DNA of 64,000 nucleotides, from positions 140,988,001-141,052,000 of the forward strand of contig OX597816.1 in the NCBI GenBank assembly GCA_951406725.2, given 5' to 3'. Position 1 is the first letter of the stretch. Every line of letters begins with the position of its first letter. The notes beneath the pieces are model-generated. The model saw nothing but the letters and a program-made list of their open reading frames with translations, made no database searches and was not told where the DNA came from. Position numbers and translations under genes: made by a program. This stretch comes from Octopus vulgaris (Eukaryota). Below are positions 28,400 through 41,532 of this stretch, in pieces.

Positions 28400-28950
28400 A
28401 TGACAGCCCTGTCTTCTCTTCTGGCTTTCCAGCTCCTTAGGGCAGAAAGCCCTCACATGGCTCTTTATTGTCACATGTATCACAGGTGGGGTCTTGTACC
28501 TCCCACCTCCAGTCATATCCCTTTCTTACTGTATCCACAGAGCTATTCTGAAGCTGTGCTCCGGGATGGTTCTTTTGTTTTCGAAGGTCATCAGGACTTA
28601 AATGCTATGCGGATTCTCCCTGACATCGTCATTTTTAGTTACCTCGACGCTCACAATCAGTACGTGCTCCACTGCGATGTTGACTATGGACCAAGGTTCT
28701 ATATCGCCACAAATGTCTCTCACTGTGACCCTTGTGTTCTTCAGTCCCACATATTCCAGCATGAGCCGGTGGGCAGGTGTGTGGTGCACCAACACAAACT
28801 GTTTCTCGCCTTATCTTCAGCTTTGAATGCCATAGATATAACTCCCTATGTCTTTCCTCGATCGATGGAAACCACAATAATTAATATACCAGCTATGGCT
28901 TATTTCAACTGCTCCTTTCAAGGAATACTGGAAATCCTCCCGCTTTTTAA
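28400..28950 (-). pseudogene. Decayed L1/Tx1-like ORF1 (gag-like)
   Basis: Minus frames give VSIDRGKT*GVISMAFKAEDKAR, LMLEYVGLKNTRVTVRDI and KSHVRAFCP (eroded zinc knuckle); similar to the 12.3-kb fragment. Confidence 0.5.
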
Positions 28951-28964
28951 TTTTTTCGTGAGTG

Positions 28965-29102
28965 AAGGTGCGTGGCCTAGTGGTTAGGCTGTTGCATTCA
29001 CGATCACGAGATCACGGTTTCGACTCCCAGATAGGTTGTACGTTGTATTATTGAGAAAAACACTTCATTTCATGTTGTTCTAGTCCATTCAGCTGTAAAT
29101 AG
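28965..29102 (+). mobile_element. SINE family C 5' part
   Basis: GCGTGGCCTAGTGGTTAGG..GGTTTCGACTCC; similar to the 58907 copy. Confidence 0.7.
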
Positions 29103-29420
29103 GTATGCTTGGGACGTTTTTGGCATATAAAGGCAAAATAGTGACTCAGGAAAATCATCCGAGCGGAGGTCCCGCGTGCCAGTTTTGTATTCAACGATCG
29201 TACAGTGAATTCCCACTGGATGGGATTGGTTGTTCAACCACGTCGAAGGATTACTTATTTATTTGTTTCTTATTGCTAGTTCTTGAATAAAATAGACATA
29301 CATGCAGGTGAGGGGGGAAATATTTCGTGAAATACTTCTTTATGGCAAGTAACTACTACTTTTGTTACCGGCTTCGTTGTTCGTTAGAGTATGAAATTCA
29401 TCTGTTTGTTAAAATTTGAT

Positions 29421-29464
<44 letters not shown>

Positions 29465-29778
29465 ACTCCCCCTCTCTTTCACTCCCCCTCTCTCTCACTC
29501 CCCTCTCTCTCTCTCTGCGTCTCAAATTTTATTTGGAGATTCTTGGAGGCATGTTCACCAGACGGAGGAAAATACATGCTGTTATACAAGTAGGTAAATA
29601 TAAAATATAACAAAAATATCCAATGAAAAACCTTGTTTTGTCTGCCCTGATGTAAAATGGGTAGATACTCAAATATTCCAAAGCATAATAGTCCAAAATA
29701 TAATTTTTCTTCACGAGCTACTAATACTTCCTGAAATCTCAGTAACCTGAGTTTTCCATGGCAATATATCTGAAAATG

Positions 29779-29990
29779 AAGGCAGAGAGCGGACAGAATC
29801 GTTAATGCACCGGGCAAAATGCCTAGCGGCATTTCGTCCGTGTTTACATTCCGAGTTCAAATGCCGCTGGAGTCGACTTTGCCTTTGATCCTTTCGATAA
29901 AATAAGTACCAATTGAACATAGAGGTCGATGTAGTCGGCTTATGCCCTTCTCCGAACTTGCTGGCCTTGTGCCAAAATTTGAAATCAGTA
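29779..29990 (+). mobile_element. SINE family B
   Basis: Consensus match. Confidence 0.8.
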
Positions 29991-30319
29991 TATCTGAAAA
30001 TGATCGCCCTTCTCAAAATATAACAGCAAAAACAAGCTGTTCTTTATTAAATACAAGGAATGACTCATATATATAATGGAAGTTAAAAACTCGGGGTTAC
30101 AAAATATATCGCATGACAAAGTTAAATAAAAACAAGGGCAGGGGGAAATGATTTTATGCAATAAAACGCATTAAACATTTAATATAAAATATTATTTTTA
30201 AAAATTTCATAGAAATTACTATAAAATTGTATTAAAAAACAACAGCAATTAAGGCAAATGATAGTAGAAATCATGAAAATCATTTAGGATTACCTATCCA
30301 AATACTAGTGAGAGCCTCC

Positions 30320-30622
30320 GGCACTCTGTCCGTTACGATCATTGTTCCAGTTGATCCGATTAACGGAACAGCCTGCTTATGAAATTAACGTGCAAGTGGC
30401 TGAGCACTCCTTAGACACGCGTACCCTTAACGTAGTTCTCAAAGATTCAGCGTGACACAGAATGTGACAACGCCGGCCCTTTGAATTACATATCCAACTC
30501 AGTTTCGCCAGCTGAGTGGGCCGAGGAAACGTGAAATAGTGTCTTACTCAAAGACAACGCGCTGCCGTTCATCAAACTCACGGTCGTGAGCCGAATTCTC
30601 TAGCCACTAAGCCACGCGCCTT
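30320..30622 (-). mobile_element. SINE family C
   Basis: Reverse complement of 58907-59226. Confidence 0.8.
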
Positions 30623-30699
30623 TACAGTGAGAACCTACCTGTGAGGTCAGATCGTCCGACAGCTCTATTCACACACGACTTATATTTTTCCCGAGGATT

Positions 30700-31480
30700 A
30701 TCACATTATATGGGAGTTGCTCCAGCCATTGGTATTATTGTGATGATGATAGTTGCCCCTTTGTATTTCCTGCGAGTTGTAATTGCTCTGGTGTTTGATG
30801 CAATTGTAGAAGTAGCCTTCTGCATTCCGCAACAACTCTTATCTGAATCTACGCTGGTCTGCAAAGTTGAGTACCACTTTTATATCCAGCCGGACCTCTG
30901 ACCAGTTTAGGAAGGTGGTTGACTTGGTTTCGATAATTTCCCCATGGTTTTTTTAATACTATCCCCTATATGTTTCTATGGAGTAACAAATCACGCACCT
31001 TGCCTTGTCCACACGTTGCCTCATATAGAACGGAAACATGTAGTATTCGTTAGAGGCGTTCACTATCATTAATAGCTTTCATGTCCACTCCTCGTTGATG
31101 CACAATCCCAAACCTGTCCCGAATTTTATCTTCTTGTTTATATGACACAAGGTACTGCATACTTCTTTCAGACACATTTCGACTTCCTGTAGTGTTCTGA
31201 ATGACATACCTTGTTACCTCAGCTCTTTCTGTCTGCCTATATTCTCTATAAAGGTGAAAATAAGCCAAAGGTCTGTGTTGCTGCAAATGCTTAACTGTCA
31301 CTCTTCTGTTGGTCGACTCACGTACTGCGACACAAGATTGTGCGCAACTGTGAATCTTACAGTATCTGTTTGCCGTTTAACCTCGAAAGCAGATACTGCC
31401 ATATGTTTAGCTCGCACAACCAGCAATATACTATTCTACACGTCAGCGAGTACCTGTTTTAAATTAGTCTTTGGAGAGCA
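30700..31480 (-). pseudogene. Possible decayed LINE ORF1 relic
   Basis: VLKNHGEIIETKSTTFLNWSEVR resembles L1/Tx1 ORF1 YGEVxxI..F..V.TG motifs; many stops. Confidence 0.3.
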
Positions 31481-32214
31481 TGCAAAAAAGATTCCCATTT
31501 TTTTTTTTTTTTTTAGGTAAAGGTGTTAACTTTCATCTTGCCCGCTGTTAGAAAAGCCTTCAAATAAATAGAGGGAATGCCTCAACACAAGCCCTACCCT
31601 TACCAAAATTGTTGTTGTGATAGAACCTTGCATAAATAGTCTTTCAGTTTGCTTCGGCGCTCGTCAATGTGTGCGCACTACGGCTTCCACCATTGTTGTT
31701 TATGTTTTTGCTTCGTTTTTTTTTTCAGGTCAATATTGCCACAGTTATATATTGAAAAAATATTTTTCCTCAAGTGTGTTTGCTAGTTGTATATTGTTAA
31801 AGTTCATTTTTTTCTGTTTTGTTATTCATTTATTATTTTAGAATCTGTGTTTCTTTTTCAAACAGTTTATAAGTAGTGGGCGTGTTGTTTACGTTATTAC
31901 ACCCACTATTGTGCTGATTACCTCTTCCTGCTACTCTAATACAAGAATCCGTGTTGAATTACGAGTAAACGAAGCTTTTACAGAATTTAAAAACTTACAA
32001 TTTGAAAAACAAACTGTATTTTGTTCATCTCTTTAAATAAATTGATATTTAGTAAAAAAAAAAAATTAGTGTGTCATCATGCTCTTCCAGGTTCAAGCTG
32101 ATTTTTTTTTTTTACTTAAATTAGCATTTGCGTTGCAAAAAACCAACTTCAACCATGTACGAACTTGAAAATAGAAGAATTGCTCAATTGATGCACAAAG
32201 CTTGGAGTATTTGG

Positions 32215-32395
32215 TGGCGAGCAGGCAGAATAGTCAGCACGCTGAGCAGAATGCTTAGCAGCATTTCGTTCGTTTGACTTTGCCTTTCATCCTTTTCAGG
32301 TCGATAAAATAAGTACCAGTTGAGCACTGGGACCGATGTAATCGACTCACCCCCTACCCCGGACTTAATGGCCTTGTGCCAAAATTTGAAACCAT
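32215..32395 (+). mobile_element. SINE family B
   Basis: Consensus match; another partial copy lies at 32900-33045. Confidence 0.75.
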
Positions 32396-33152
32396 TATTT
32401 ACATCGCTTCAATAGTCAAGTCATTGAAGGTTTTAATTTTGAGCAATAATTAGCTCTGAGATAGACGTATCCCTGATTTCATCTTGAGAAATTAATTGCT
32501 CACTTTCTCTATTTTCAAAATCAAACACTATAATAACCCAGTCAGATACATGCACTTTTTTTAGTGGGTGGGGGTATCCCCGGAACGTTTTTTAAAGTTT
32601 TCCCTTAGTTATTCATTGAGTTTTACGTATATTTCCCGGTAACGATCTCTAATGTTTCTTCAAATTATACCATAAACATCGAAAAATTACCTCACTTTTG
32701 TAAATCACCTTTAAGGTACTTGGTAAATAAAAATTCATCATTAACACACATTCACTTTGGACTTAAATAGTTCGGATAGGCCATACAAATATTTAAACTG
32801 CCGAAAATCAACTTACAATACAGAAGCTGGGATACCAAGACTTTCTTCACATCATCGGTCATCTCATTAATGCGTCATTGAGTTGTATTATTTGTACTTA
32901 GTTGAGTTCAAATACCACCGACGTCGACTTTGCCTTTAAATCTTTCGGTATCGATTAAATAAGCACCATTTGAGCACTGGGTTGTTGTAATCGATGAGCG
33001 CCCTCGCCCAAACTTTTAAGCCTTATGCCTATGGAAGAAAGAATTATTTGCACTTAGTGACATGCAATTTAGAACGGGTTGGGGCTATTTCTTCAAAAGA
33101 ATTTCAATTATTTCTTTAATTACTGGTTTTATGATCTTTTCGTCAATGTCAT

Positions 33153-33430
33153 ACAGGGTGGAGCAGAGAGGACGGACGTTTTTGATAAAATCACAAAATC
33201 ATTAATTTTAGCTACAAAAAAAATTTATTGGCATCAATGTGTTCGTATTGAATTAACATTTGTCAAAATCAATTGTGGAAAACAATATCTATCATGTGGT
33301 GTTCGTTTTCATTGAGGCGTTCTTGGAAATTGGCCTCCACCCTCTTCAGCATTGATCAGTCGATTTGGGTGACTGCCACGCGAATAGTTTCCTTCAAATC
33401 GTCCAATGTACGGGGCTTATGCGTATAAAC
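33153..33430 (-). mobile_element. Tc1/mariner 3' end remnant
   Basis: TA|CAGGGTGG TIR; KPRTLDDLKETIR..ID transposase C-terminus. Confidence 0.7.
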
Positions 33431-33516
33431 ATATATACAGACATATATATATATATATATACAGACATACATACATGTATGTATGCATACATACATACAT
33501 ACATACATACATACAT

Positions 33517-33573
<57 letters not shown>

Positions 33574-33584
33574 CACATACATAA

Positions 33585-33800
33585 ATTAAGCAGAAACACA
33601 ACAAAGGAACAAACGGAAAATTCACACACAAAACACTGACGTTGCTAATTCCTCGTCAGTTATCGTCCAAAAACTTCTTACAATTTCACGCCTTTAACAA
33701 TAAATATTGTTAATTTTTGGTAGCATCAACAGCGAGAAGCTGCTGGGAATAGCGAGCAAACGCTGAGCAAACGTCGAAACCAAACACGACACAAATGTGT
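33585..33800 (-). mobile_element. PLE-type terminal repeat; a second copy lies at 41870-42100 (+)
   Basis: The two copies are similar reverse complements; both carry hammerhead-like CTGACGAGGAATTAGCAACGTC (GAAA>GCAA). Confidence 0.6.
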
Positions 33801-34359
33801 ATAACCAAATGAAATAATTATACAATATAGAAACAAAATAAGGCCGTACAACTCTGAGACGATACGAATATATGAGAGGTTTAGTGCCTACCAAACTCAC
33901 CTACAAAGAATTGGGCCACCAGGGGCAATTGTAGAAGCCTACTTACCCATAGTACCACGCAGTAAGACTGAACCCAAAACCACGTGGCTAAAAAGTGACA
34001 GGCTTAACAACACATCTACGCCTTCGCCTCGCCGGAACTATTAAAAAGAGATTAGTCTTTCAGCTCATATTTTTCTCCCCTCGCTGCATTTGATTTTGTA
34101 ATTAGTTTTTTTAATGTTCTCTGTGTTAGGAATGTTCACTCCTACTTAACTGTTAGAACAAATGAGCCAGGACCAAAGAGAAGTGTATTTTCAAAATAAG
34201 AGATAGAGATCAACAGAATCGAGAACACATAAGTCAAGAGCAAAGGCAGCTGTACATAGAAAGAAGGGAACATATGGACGAAGATAAAGGCAGAATTACC
34301 TTCAAGATATGAGAAACAGAGTTCGAGAAAGAAGGAAAAATATGGAAGCAGATGAATCA

Positions 34360-34768
34360 CAGTATTATCTTAAGACAAGGTTCTCTTGGGATATTATCTA
34401 GATGTTTCTGACATCTCTTTCTTATCATGCCTAGGGCACTCACAATAACAGGAACAGTTCTCGCCTTGAGATGCCACATCTTTTTTATTTCAAATTCCAG
34501 GTCCTTATATTTACTTAATTTATCAAATTCCTTTACAGATATAGTTTTATCAGTTGGAACACATCTTTAATGACTGTCTGGTCGATTAGCCTGGATCGTT
34601 CTGTTGGTGTTGACTGGAAATGGTGACATTTTACCTTCAACAACTGACTCAGGATGATGTTCATACCAGTAAGCATTTTGTGGTGTTTACATATTTTCCA
34701 TATTTTTTGTATTCGTTCGGTATCAGCACAGGACATCCCGAGACGAGATGGTCTATTGTTTCATCAAA
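34360..34768 (-). mobile_element. R4/Dong-type LINE C-terminal fragment (knuckle + RLE)
   Basis: DETIDHLVSGCPVLIPNEYKK; KYKDLEFEIKKMWHLKARTVPVIVSALGMI. Confidence 0.85.
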
Positions 34769-36185
34769 GGTTCTCATTCCTAAGGTATTTTTCGATGTTG
34801 TCACTGCTTGGAATCGATCTCGGGGTTAGTAGCCCGCGCTCTTAACCACTACGCCATATGCCCGTGGGTAATTATGGAGTGAATTTTTAGGGCTTATAAA
34901 TATTATATTCTCCTATCCTTCCTTAACACTGGTTCCCATATGCTATTCATATCTGCACTCGGTCTGCTAAGGAGGTTGTTGTGTTCTAGCATATGTGCTG
35001 CTTCTTTTAGTTTTCGTATTTTTCCAGTGGTGTTCTCTGTCTATTATTATAACTTCATCTCACAGGGGGAGTTGGTCTCTATTTTTCCATACATGATCAG
35101 CTATACCCGATTTATCAATGTCTCCTCGTGTCACAGCTTTGCGATGTTCCTCTACCCTTATTTTGAAGGGCGGCATGTTTTGCCTTTGCATAACCTACCA
35201 CAGCTGCATGGGATGGAGTACACGTAGTTTTTGGTCATATTCTCTTCTATTGGTGGTTTTACTCGAAGGAGATATTTGCGAAGTGTTGTATTACTCTTGG
35301 ATACTGTCCTGATGTCATATGGGCCGCATATCTTTTGTATCTTTTCGGAGAGGCCTTTCACATAGGGTAGACAGACTGTAGACTGTTTAGTGGCTTCATC
35401 CTCTCTTTTCTTCATAATTGGAGTAGATAGCATGTTTGGGGAGGGGGGGTGCTTAATAGATTAAGCGACTGAGCTTGATCATTTCTTCGTGGTGGGTATC
35501 ATGATCGCTGCTTATATTGTTTGCTCGATGTTTTAGGCACTGAGCAATCCCTCTCTTTACACTGTATGGATGGTGGGAAATGAAGTTAAAGTATCGTCCA
35601 GTGAAGATTGGTTTGCGGTGTGGAAACGCAATGGCCCAGTGGTTAGGGCAGCGGACTCGCGGTCATAGGATCGCGGTTTCGATTCCCAGACCGGGCGTTG
35701 TGAGTGTTTATTGAGCGAAAACACCTAAAAAGATCCACGAGGCTCCGGCAGGGGATGGTGGTGATCCCTGCTGTACTCTTTCACCACAACTTTCTCTCAC
35801 TCTTACTTCCTGTTTCTGTTGTACCTGTATTTCAAGGGGCCGGCCTTGTCACTCTCTGTGTCACGCTGAATATCCCCGAGAATTACGTTAAGGGTACACG
35901 TGTCTGTGGAGTGCTCAGCCACTTACACGTTAATTTCACGAGCAGGCTGTTCCGTTGATTCGGATCAACTGGAACCCTCATCGTCGTAACCGACGGAGTG
36001 CTTCCAAGGTTTGCGGTATACGGATGTCCTGAATCCATACTTGGTGTGTGTTATTAACACGTCCAGGAATGCTAGCTGATTGTCTTTTTCCTTTTCCTTT
36101 GCGAACTGTATGGATGGCTTTATTGAGTTCACATGATCTAACAGCACTTGAACATCTCCCTGGTCGGGGCTTCGGCATGTCAAAA
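34769..36185 (-). mobile_element. Penelope-like element (RT thumb, GIY-YIG, 3' UTR) interrupted by a SINE
   Basis: NSIKPSIQFAKEKEKDNQLAFLDVLI..TSVYRKP | IFTGRYFNFISHHP; LPYVKGLSEKI; NYVYSIPCSCG. Confidence 0.9.
35622..36007 (+). mobile_element. SINE family C variant (OR-like) with TSD
   Basis: tRNA head TGGCCCAGTGG..GTTTCGATTCC; TSD GGTTTGCGGT at 35610-35619 and 36008-36017. Confidence 0.9.
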
Positions 36186-36218
36186 CATTAAACTAGCTAC
36201 AGTAAACTGAAAAACATG

Positions 36219-36412
36219 AAAACATTCGCGAGCAAATTAAATATTTAAAAGCTACGAGCGAACGAACGAACAGGAGTTGCTAGAAATAACAGTCAAGACA
36301 TTAAAATATTCACGAGCAAAGTTGACATTAAAACATTCGCGAACAACTTAAATATTTAAAAGCTACGAACAAACCAACAGGGGTTGCTAGAAATAAAAGT
36401 CAAAACATTGCT
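36219..36412. repeat. ~110-bp tandem duplication
   Basis: AAACATTCGCGA..AAATATTTAAAAGCTACGA..GTTGCTAGAAATAA occurs twice. Confidence 0.8.
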
Positions 36413-36726
36413 TAAAACAGTCATTAATTAGATTTTAAAATTCAAAAGTTTGCAATACACTTTAAAATTTTATAAAATAAATTATCTTTCTCATAACTCT
36501 TTCTCCACATAAATTCACAAAGATAAGTCAACCGGCGTGTGTTTCCACGCTTTAAAGATGCTCAGGTACTCTCATTTTGTTGATTACACTCAATTTCGTG
36601 GTTACACTGCTTGTGCTCATGCGCAGCATCTTTGGTTACTATGGAAACAGAGTTTTCGTCACAGTGATGTGTAAAATACGCGTTTCTGATTGGTTAAAAT
36701 ACCCAAATTTTGCAAATTTTAAAGGC

Positions 36727-37112
36727 CCTCTTTTACTCTTTTACTTGTTTCAGTCACTTGACTGTGGCCATGCTGGAGCACCACCTTTAGTCGAGCAAAT
36801 CGACCCCAGGACTTATTCTTTGTAAGCCTAGTACTTATTCTATCGGCCTCTTTTGCCAAACCGCTAATTTATGGGGACCTAAACACACCAGCATCGGTTG
36901 TCAAGCGATGTTGGGGGGACAAACACAGACACACAAACACACATATATACGACGAGCTTCTTTCAGTTTCCGTCTACCAAATCCACTCACAAGGCTTTGG
37001 TCGACCCGAGGCTATAGTAGAAGACACTCGCCCAAGGTGCCACGCAATTGTACTGAACCTGGAACCATGTGGTTGGTAAGCAAGCTATTTACCACACAGC
37101 CACTCCTACGCT
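36727..37112 (-). mobile_element. SINE family A
   Basis: Consensus match. Confidence 0.88.
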
Positions 37113-37778
37113 AATAACCATTTAATTATGGATTTATAGGGGAAATGAATTTCATTTTCGTAATTAGTATCCAAAACTTAATCCATATACCAAATATGAA
37201 AACATCCGGAACAAAATTATAAACAGTGACGAAAACTACAAAGATGCAAATAAATAATTAAATTTGCATAAATAATTGAATAAAATAGATGTACATTAAT
37301 ATGATTTATACAAGTTTTTTAATAATATACTGTGCTAGGTACCATTATAGTAATCTAGTAACTGTGGGAATTTGAACTCCCTGCTCGTAAATTAGTGCAG
37401 ATTTGCGAGGTTCCGGATCATCAGTGTCCCGGAAGTCGGTGTTGTGCTTGTATAACAAATTTATTATATTTGGAAAACAATATAAAACGGGCAATAAAAA
37501 CAAATTACATATGTATAAATCAGAAATGTATATTGACAAATTGTATTTGTTATTTACTTATTTGTTTATTTATTTTGTATCTTTATTTTTATTCAAATAT
37601 CAGCTTTCACCCACCCAACTTTTTAACCTCCGGGTACTTATCAACTTCAAGGGTAGTTTGGTCGACTTTTGTGAGAATTCTTGTTTGAAGGTCTCTTTCG
37701 TCATCTGAAACCCCCAATAGTTCTAAATTATTGCTTAAGCACTTAGTAACAAAACCATGTGTTATGTATATGCATGTA

Positions 37779-37995
37779 CGAGGGGGTGCTGAAAAGTTCC
37801 TGATTTTAAGGGTGTCACGAAAGGCCTGGTTGGAATCCCAACCTTCCGAGTTCTTTTACAAGGCTTGGAAAAAATGAAGTACCGCTGCAATAAGTATGTG
37901 AACCTGAGAGGGGAATATGTTGAATAAAACCATAATTAACTTACCCTCCAGTATTTTCTTTTACCCAAAGCCAGGAACTTTTTAGCACTCTTTCG
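37779..37995. mobile_element. Mariner-type MITE
   Basis: TA|CGAGGGGGTGCTGAAAAGTTCC .. GGAACTTTTTAGCACTCTTTCG|TA. Confidence 0.8.
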
Positions 37996-38799
37996 TATAT
38001 GAATACTCTCTCTCTCTCTCTCTCTTTCTCTCTTTCTTTCTTTCTTTCTTTCTTTCTTTTTCTCTATCTCTCTCTCTTTCTCTCTCTCACGAATAGTACA
38101 TTCAGAAAACGCGCCGGCCCGCTCATACATACACACATTCATGCATTTACATACAGTTCTTGCTTGTATCTGTATATGTGTATACACGTATCTTCACGTG
38201 TATTCTCATATAATTTATACACGTGAGTGTGTGTATTTTCTTCACTTTTAACAGTTTGCACTTGTCGAAAAGAAATTAAAAAGCTGGAATCCTATAATGT
38301 TGTAATCAGTTCTCAGTCAAGGTCAATTTATATTATTTCCTGTGCAAGAGGAATAACCAAACGTCATGTTTGACAGGAAATGCTGGACACGAGAGGAAAT
38401 AGGCTAGTAGTTTAGTATACACCCATAAAATGTTTATTTGTACTGTGCTTATCGTTGCTTGATAACTTAAGATGTTTCATTTGAATCAAACCGTATTTGA
38501 AATGCTGCTAACATAACACTTTAAATGTAAAACAATATAGTTAGGAGGATTATTTTACTTAAATGGTGGTAGTTCTACCCGAATACTTAGTTGTTTAAGA
38601 AGTTCAGAGTTAAGATTGGCAACTTTGTTCGCTATGCGCCAACGAGAATAGAATTTTAATAGTTATCGTGTGTTTACAATGGTTAACTCATTGCTCCCGT
38701 TAAACGTTTTGTCAGAATTATAAGCAAGACGAATATTGAGATTTAGAAATCAAATTACCGTCGATTCCGTCTTTAAACAGCTGCAGATCGTTTATGAAA

Positions 38800-39303
38800 A
38801 AGAATATTACTGAAGTCAACTATCCAGAGAAATAGGCAGGAGAAATATTTGTTAACTGACGCAGTACCACAATAACAGAACTCTTAGCATATCACACTGT
38901 TTCCCATTATGTTTCAATTTACTCATCTACCACAAAAATACATACCATTGCACGCATTCGCATGCAATGCTATGTGCCGTCTTTGCTATGTGCTTGCACG
39001 AATCAAATGGAGTCACTGAGGCAGATTCCTTGCTGTTACCAACCCTCTCCTGTTTCCAGCTAAAGTAATAATTTTCCCATGGATGAACATGTTTCAACAA
39101 AAGATTGGAAGTGAAGGACGCTGCTTTTATGACGGTGACACTTATTTACAGCTGTTGCGCAATATATAGATAAGAAGACACACATGCACAATGCCTTGTA
39201 AGTGGAATTTGTGCGCATGCATATTTGACTGTCTGTCTGCCTGCCTATATGTATGTATGTATTTATGCACGTATATGTGTATGATGCATATATGTTTGTG
39301 CCA

Positions 39304-39358
<55 letters not shown>

Positions 39359-39775
39359 GTATGTGCACAATCAGGCCGTCGGCGATTAAAACGGCAACCA
39401 ACCAAGCATGCTGGGTGAGGAAGGTGATTTTAGCACATCTTGCATGATGTGAAACAAAATCTATCAAACTCAGGAGAGACAAAGGCAATCCAGTCACTGG
39501 CTTGGAAATAGGGAGAGCAAGGGGTGCAAGCGTACCCGCAAAAATTTTGCGGGGTAATGAAAACGCTTTGAACATCTTCCTGAAAAACTCCATCGCCAAA
39601 ACGATTGTCAAACCAATACTGGTGCTGTGTATCGTTAGCCAAGACACCTGCAGATATGTACTGTCGGAATGCTTGCAAGACATCTGTAAAGGTGCACTGT
39701 CAGGTTACTTTCAAGTGCGACTGATAACATGTAGCCAGTATAACTTGCAGCATGGTTGGGTCATCAGTGGCTAAA
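38800..39775 (+). pseudogene. Possible relic of a GCDT/RAxYQ/WGW/Cys-cluster transposon-associated protein
   Basis: LAYHTVSHY (~LTGCDTVSxF), AIKTATNQACWV (~HxKRAxYQAxxW), SLAWK (~WGW), then Cys-rich CKPYW..C..CK; very eroded. Confidence 0.3.
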
Positions 39776-39810
39776 ATGGCAACCTCACTATATTTGACGA
39801 CCTAATATTA

Positions 39811-40185
39811 TCTCTCTCTATATAAACGGCAGTTTGTCTGTGTGTGTTTCTGTGTGTCTGTTTTCTCGTACCCTCACTCTGACCACGGCTTTCAACCGAT
39901 TCTGATGAAACTTGACACACACATAGCCCAATGTCATAATTCAAAACTAACGCAGCGAAAATTTTGAAAAGTTCCCCCAGTTCTGAAAAAAATCGATAAA
40001 TTCGACATGGGGTCGAGAATCAGAAACCCAAACCACAGACCGTCTAGGGGACGCAACTCCACCTTTTTTAACTCTCAAAAAAAAATTTACCATCATTTTT
40101 TTGCTATTTTTTGGCTATAACTCTCTAAAAATGCTTTATAGTTATTTCCCTTACAAACCTGAGCAACGCCGGGCGATACTGCTAG
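39811..40185 (+). mobile_element. Short non-autonomous Helitron
   Basis: A|TCTCTCTCTATATAAACG ... CCTGAGCAACGCCGGG-CGATACTG-CTAG|T; 3' part shared with 47880-47970. Confidence 0.85.
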
Positions 40186-41054
40186 TTGATGATAAAGGCT
40201 ACGAAACGCCCGTAACCCCAAGATGATAAGTGTATTACCTCTCATACCTCCAAACATTTTATGATTTATATATACTTTCACGTCAACTTTATTATTATTA
40301 GTTATTGGTTATTTTGTCAAAGATTTCTCGTTACACATACTGTAACCTCCTCAATGACTATTTTTTCTCTGTCTCCTTTCTTTCTGGCCTTATTATTTTG
40401 TATATTCCATCTTTTTCTGAATATATATATACACATTATTACTACTTTATACACTAATATGAAACAGTTTTCGAAATCATTTCAATCATTAGCAAGATAC
40501 CTGTAGAAGTGTACCTGTCTGGTAGCTTGCACATACACACACACACTGGCGCATTGTGAAGGACACGTTATGTAATACGCATGCGTTCCCTGATCAATGT
40601 GTTTGTGTATGTGTGTGTGTACTGGTGTAAGATTGCGTTGCAGTTAAATTTCCGCTTTCGTTGTCGCGCTGGTCTTTTTGTTTTTGCTCCCCCACCTCTC
40701 TCTCTCTCTCTCACTCACTCTCTTTCACTCTGCCTGTTACTCTCTCTCTCTTCCTCTCTCTTTCTATATATCTCTTTCTCAATGAATTAGAAATAATTTA
40801 CTTTTTGTATTTAATAATTAATATTTATAGCTTTTGTCCAGGTAGGCACTGTCTTCTCATAAAAGACGACGTGTCGCTGATTTTGAATGCTATGTGATGT
40901 ATGTGGGCTCAACTGCGAATAAAATTTCGGTCAACGGCTGCTCTTATTAAAAATTAAAAGAAAAACCTAAGAGGTCAAAAGGTAAGGAGAGCGAAAAATA
41001 TATTTATTTGTTTTGGGAATGATGGATCTCGAAGCAAATAAAGCTATAAATAAT

Positions 41055-41532
41055 CGCTTCTATTACAGGCACAAGGACTGAAATTTGCAGACGAAATACC
41101 ACTAAGTATTTCGCAGGTCTGCTAACGTTTCTTATTTCTTTACTGCCCACAAAGGGCTACACACAGAGGGGACAAACAAGGACAGACAAACGGATTAAGT
41201 CGATTATATCAACCCCAGTGCGTAACTGGTATTTATTTAATCGTTTCTATTACAGGCACAAGGCCTGAAATTTGCAGGGTGGGAGTATGTCAATTACATA
41301 GATCACAGTGCTCGATTGGTACTTATTTTACCGACAACGAAACAGATTAAAGCAAAGTCGACCTCGGTGCAACATGAACTAAGAACGTTAAGACAAACGA
41401 AACGTTGCTATGCATTTTGCCCGGCGTGCTAACGATTCTGCCAGCTCGCCGTCTTTAGAACAAAAGGCAAAGTTGACCTCGGCGGGGAGAAGTGCAACCA
41501 AGCATTTTATCCGACACGCTAACAATTCTGGC
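41055..41532 (-). mobile_element. Cluster of SINE family B fragments
   Basis: Several overlapping consensus matches. Confidence 0.75.

Noticed and set aside
28340-28987. 215-aa plus-strand ORF
   Set aside because: No recognisable motifs; the opposite strand resembles a LINE ORF1, so it is probably an antisense shadow
37400-37435. CTGATGA on the minus strand in pLTR-like sequence
   Set aside because: No GAAA half or stems could be completed
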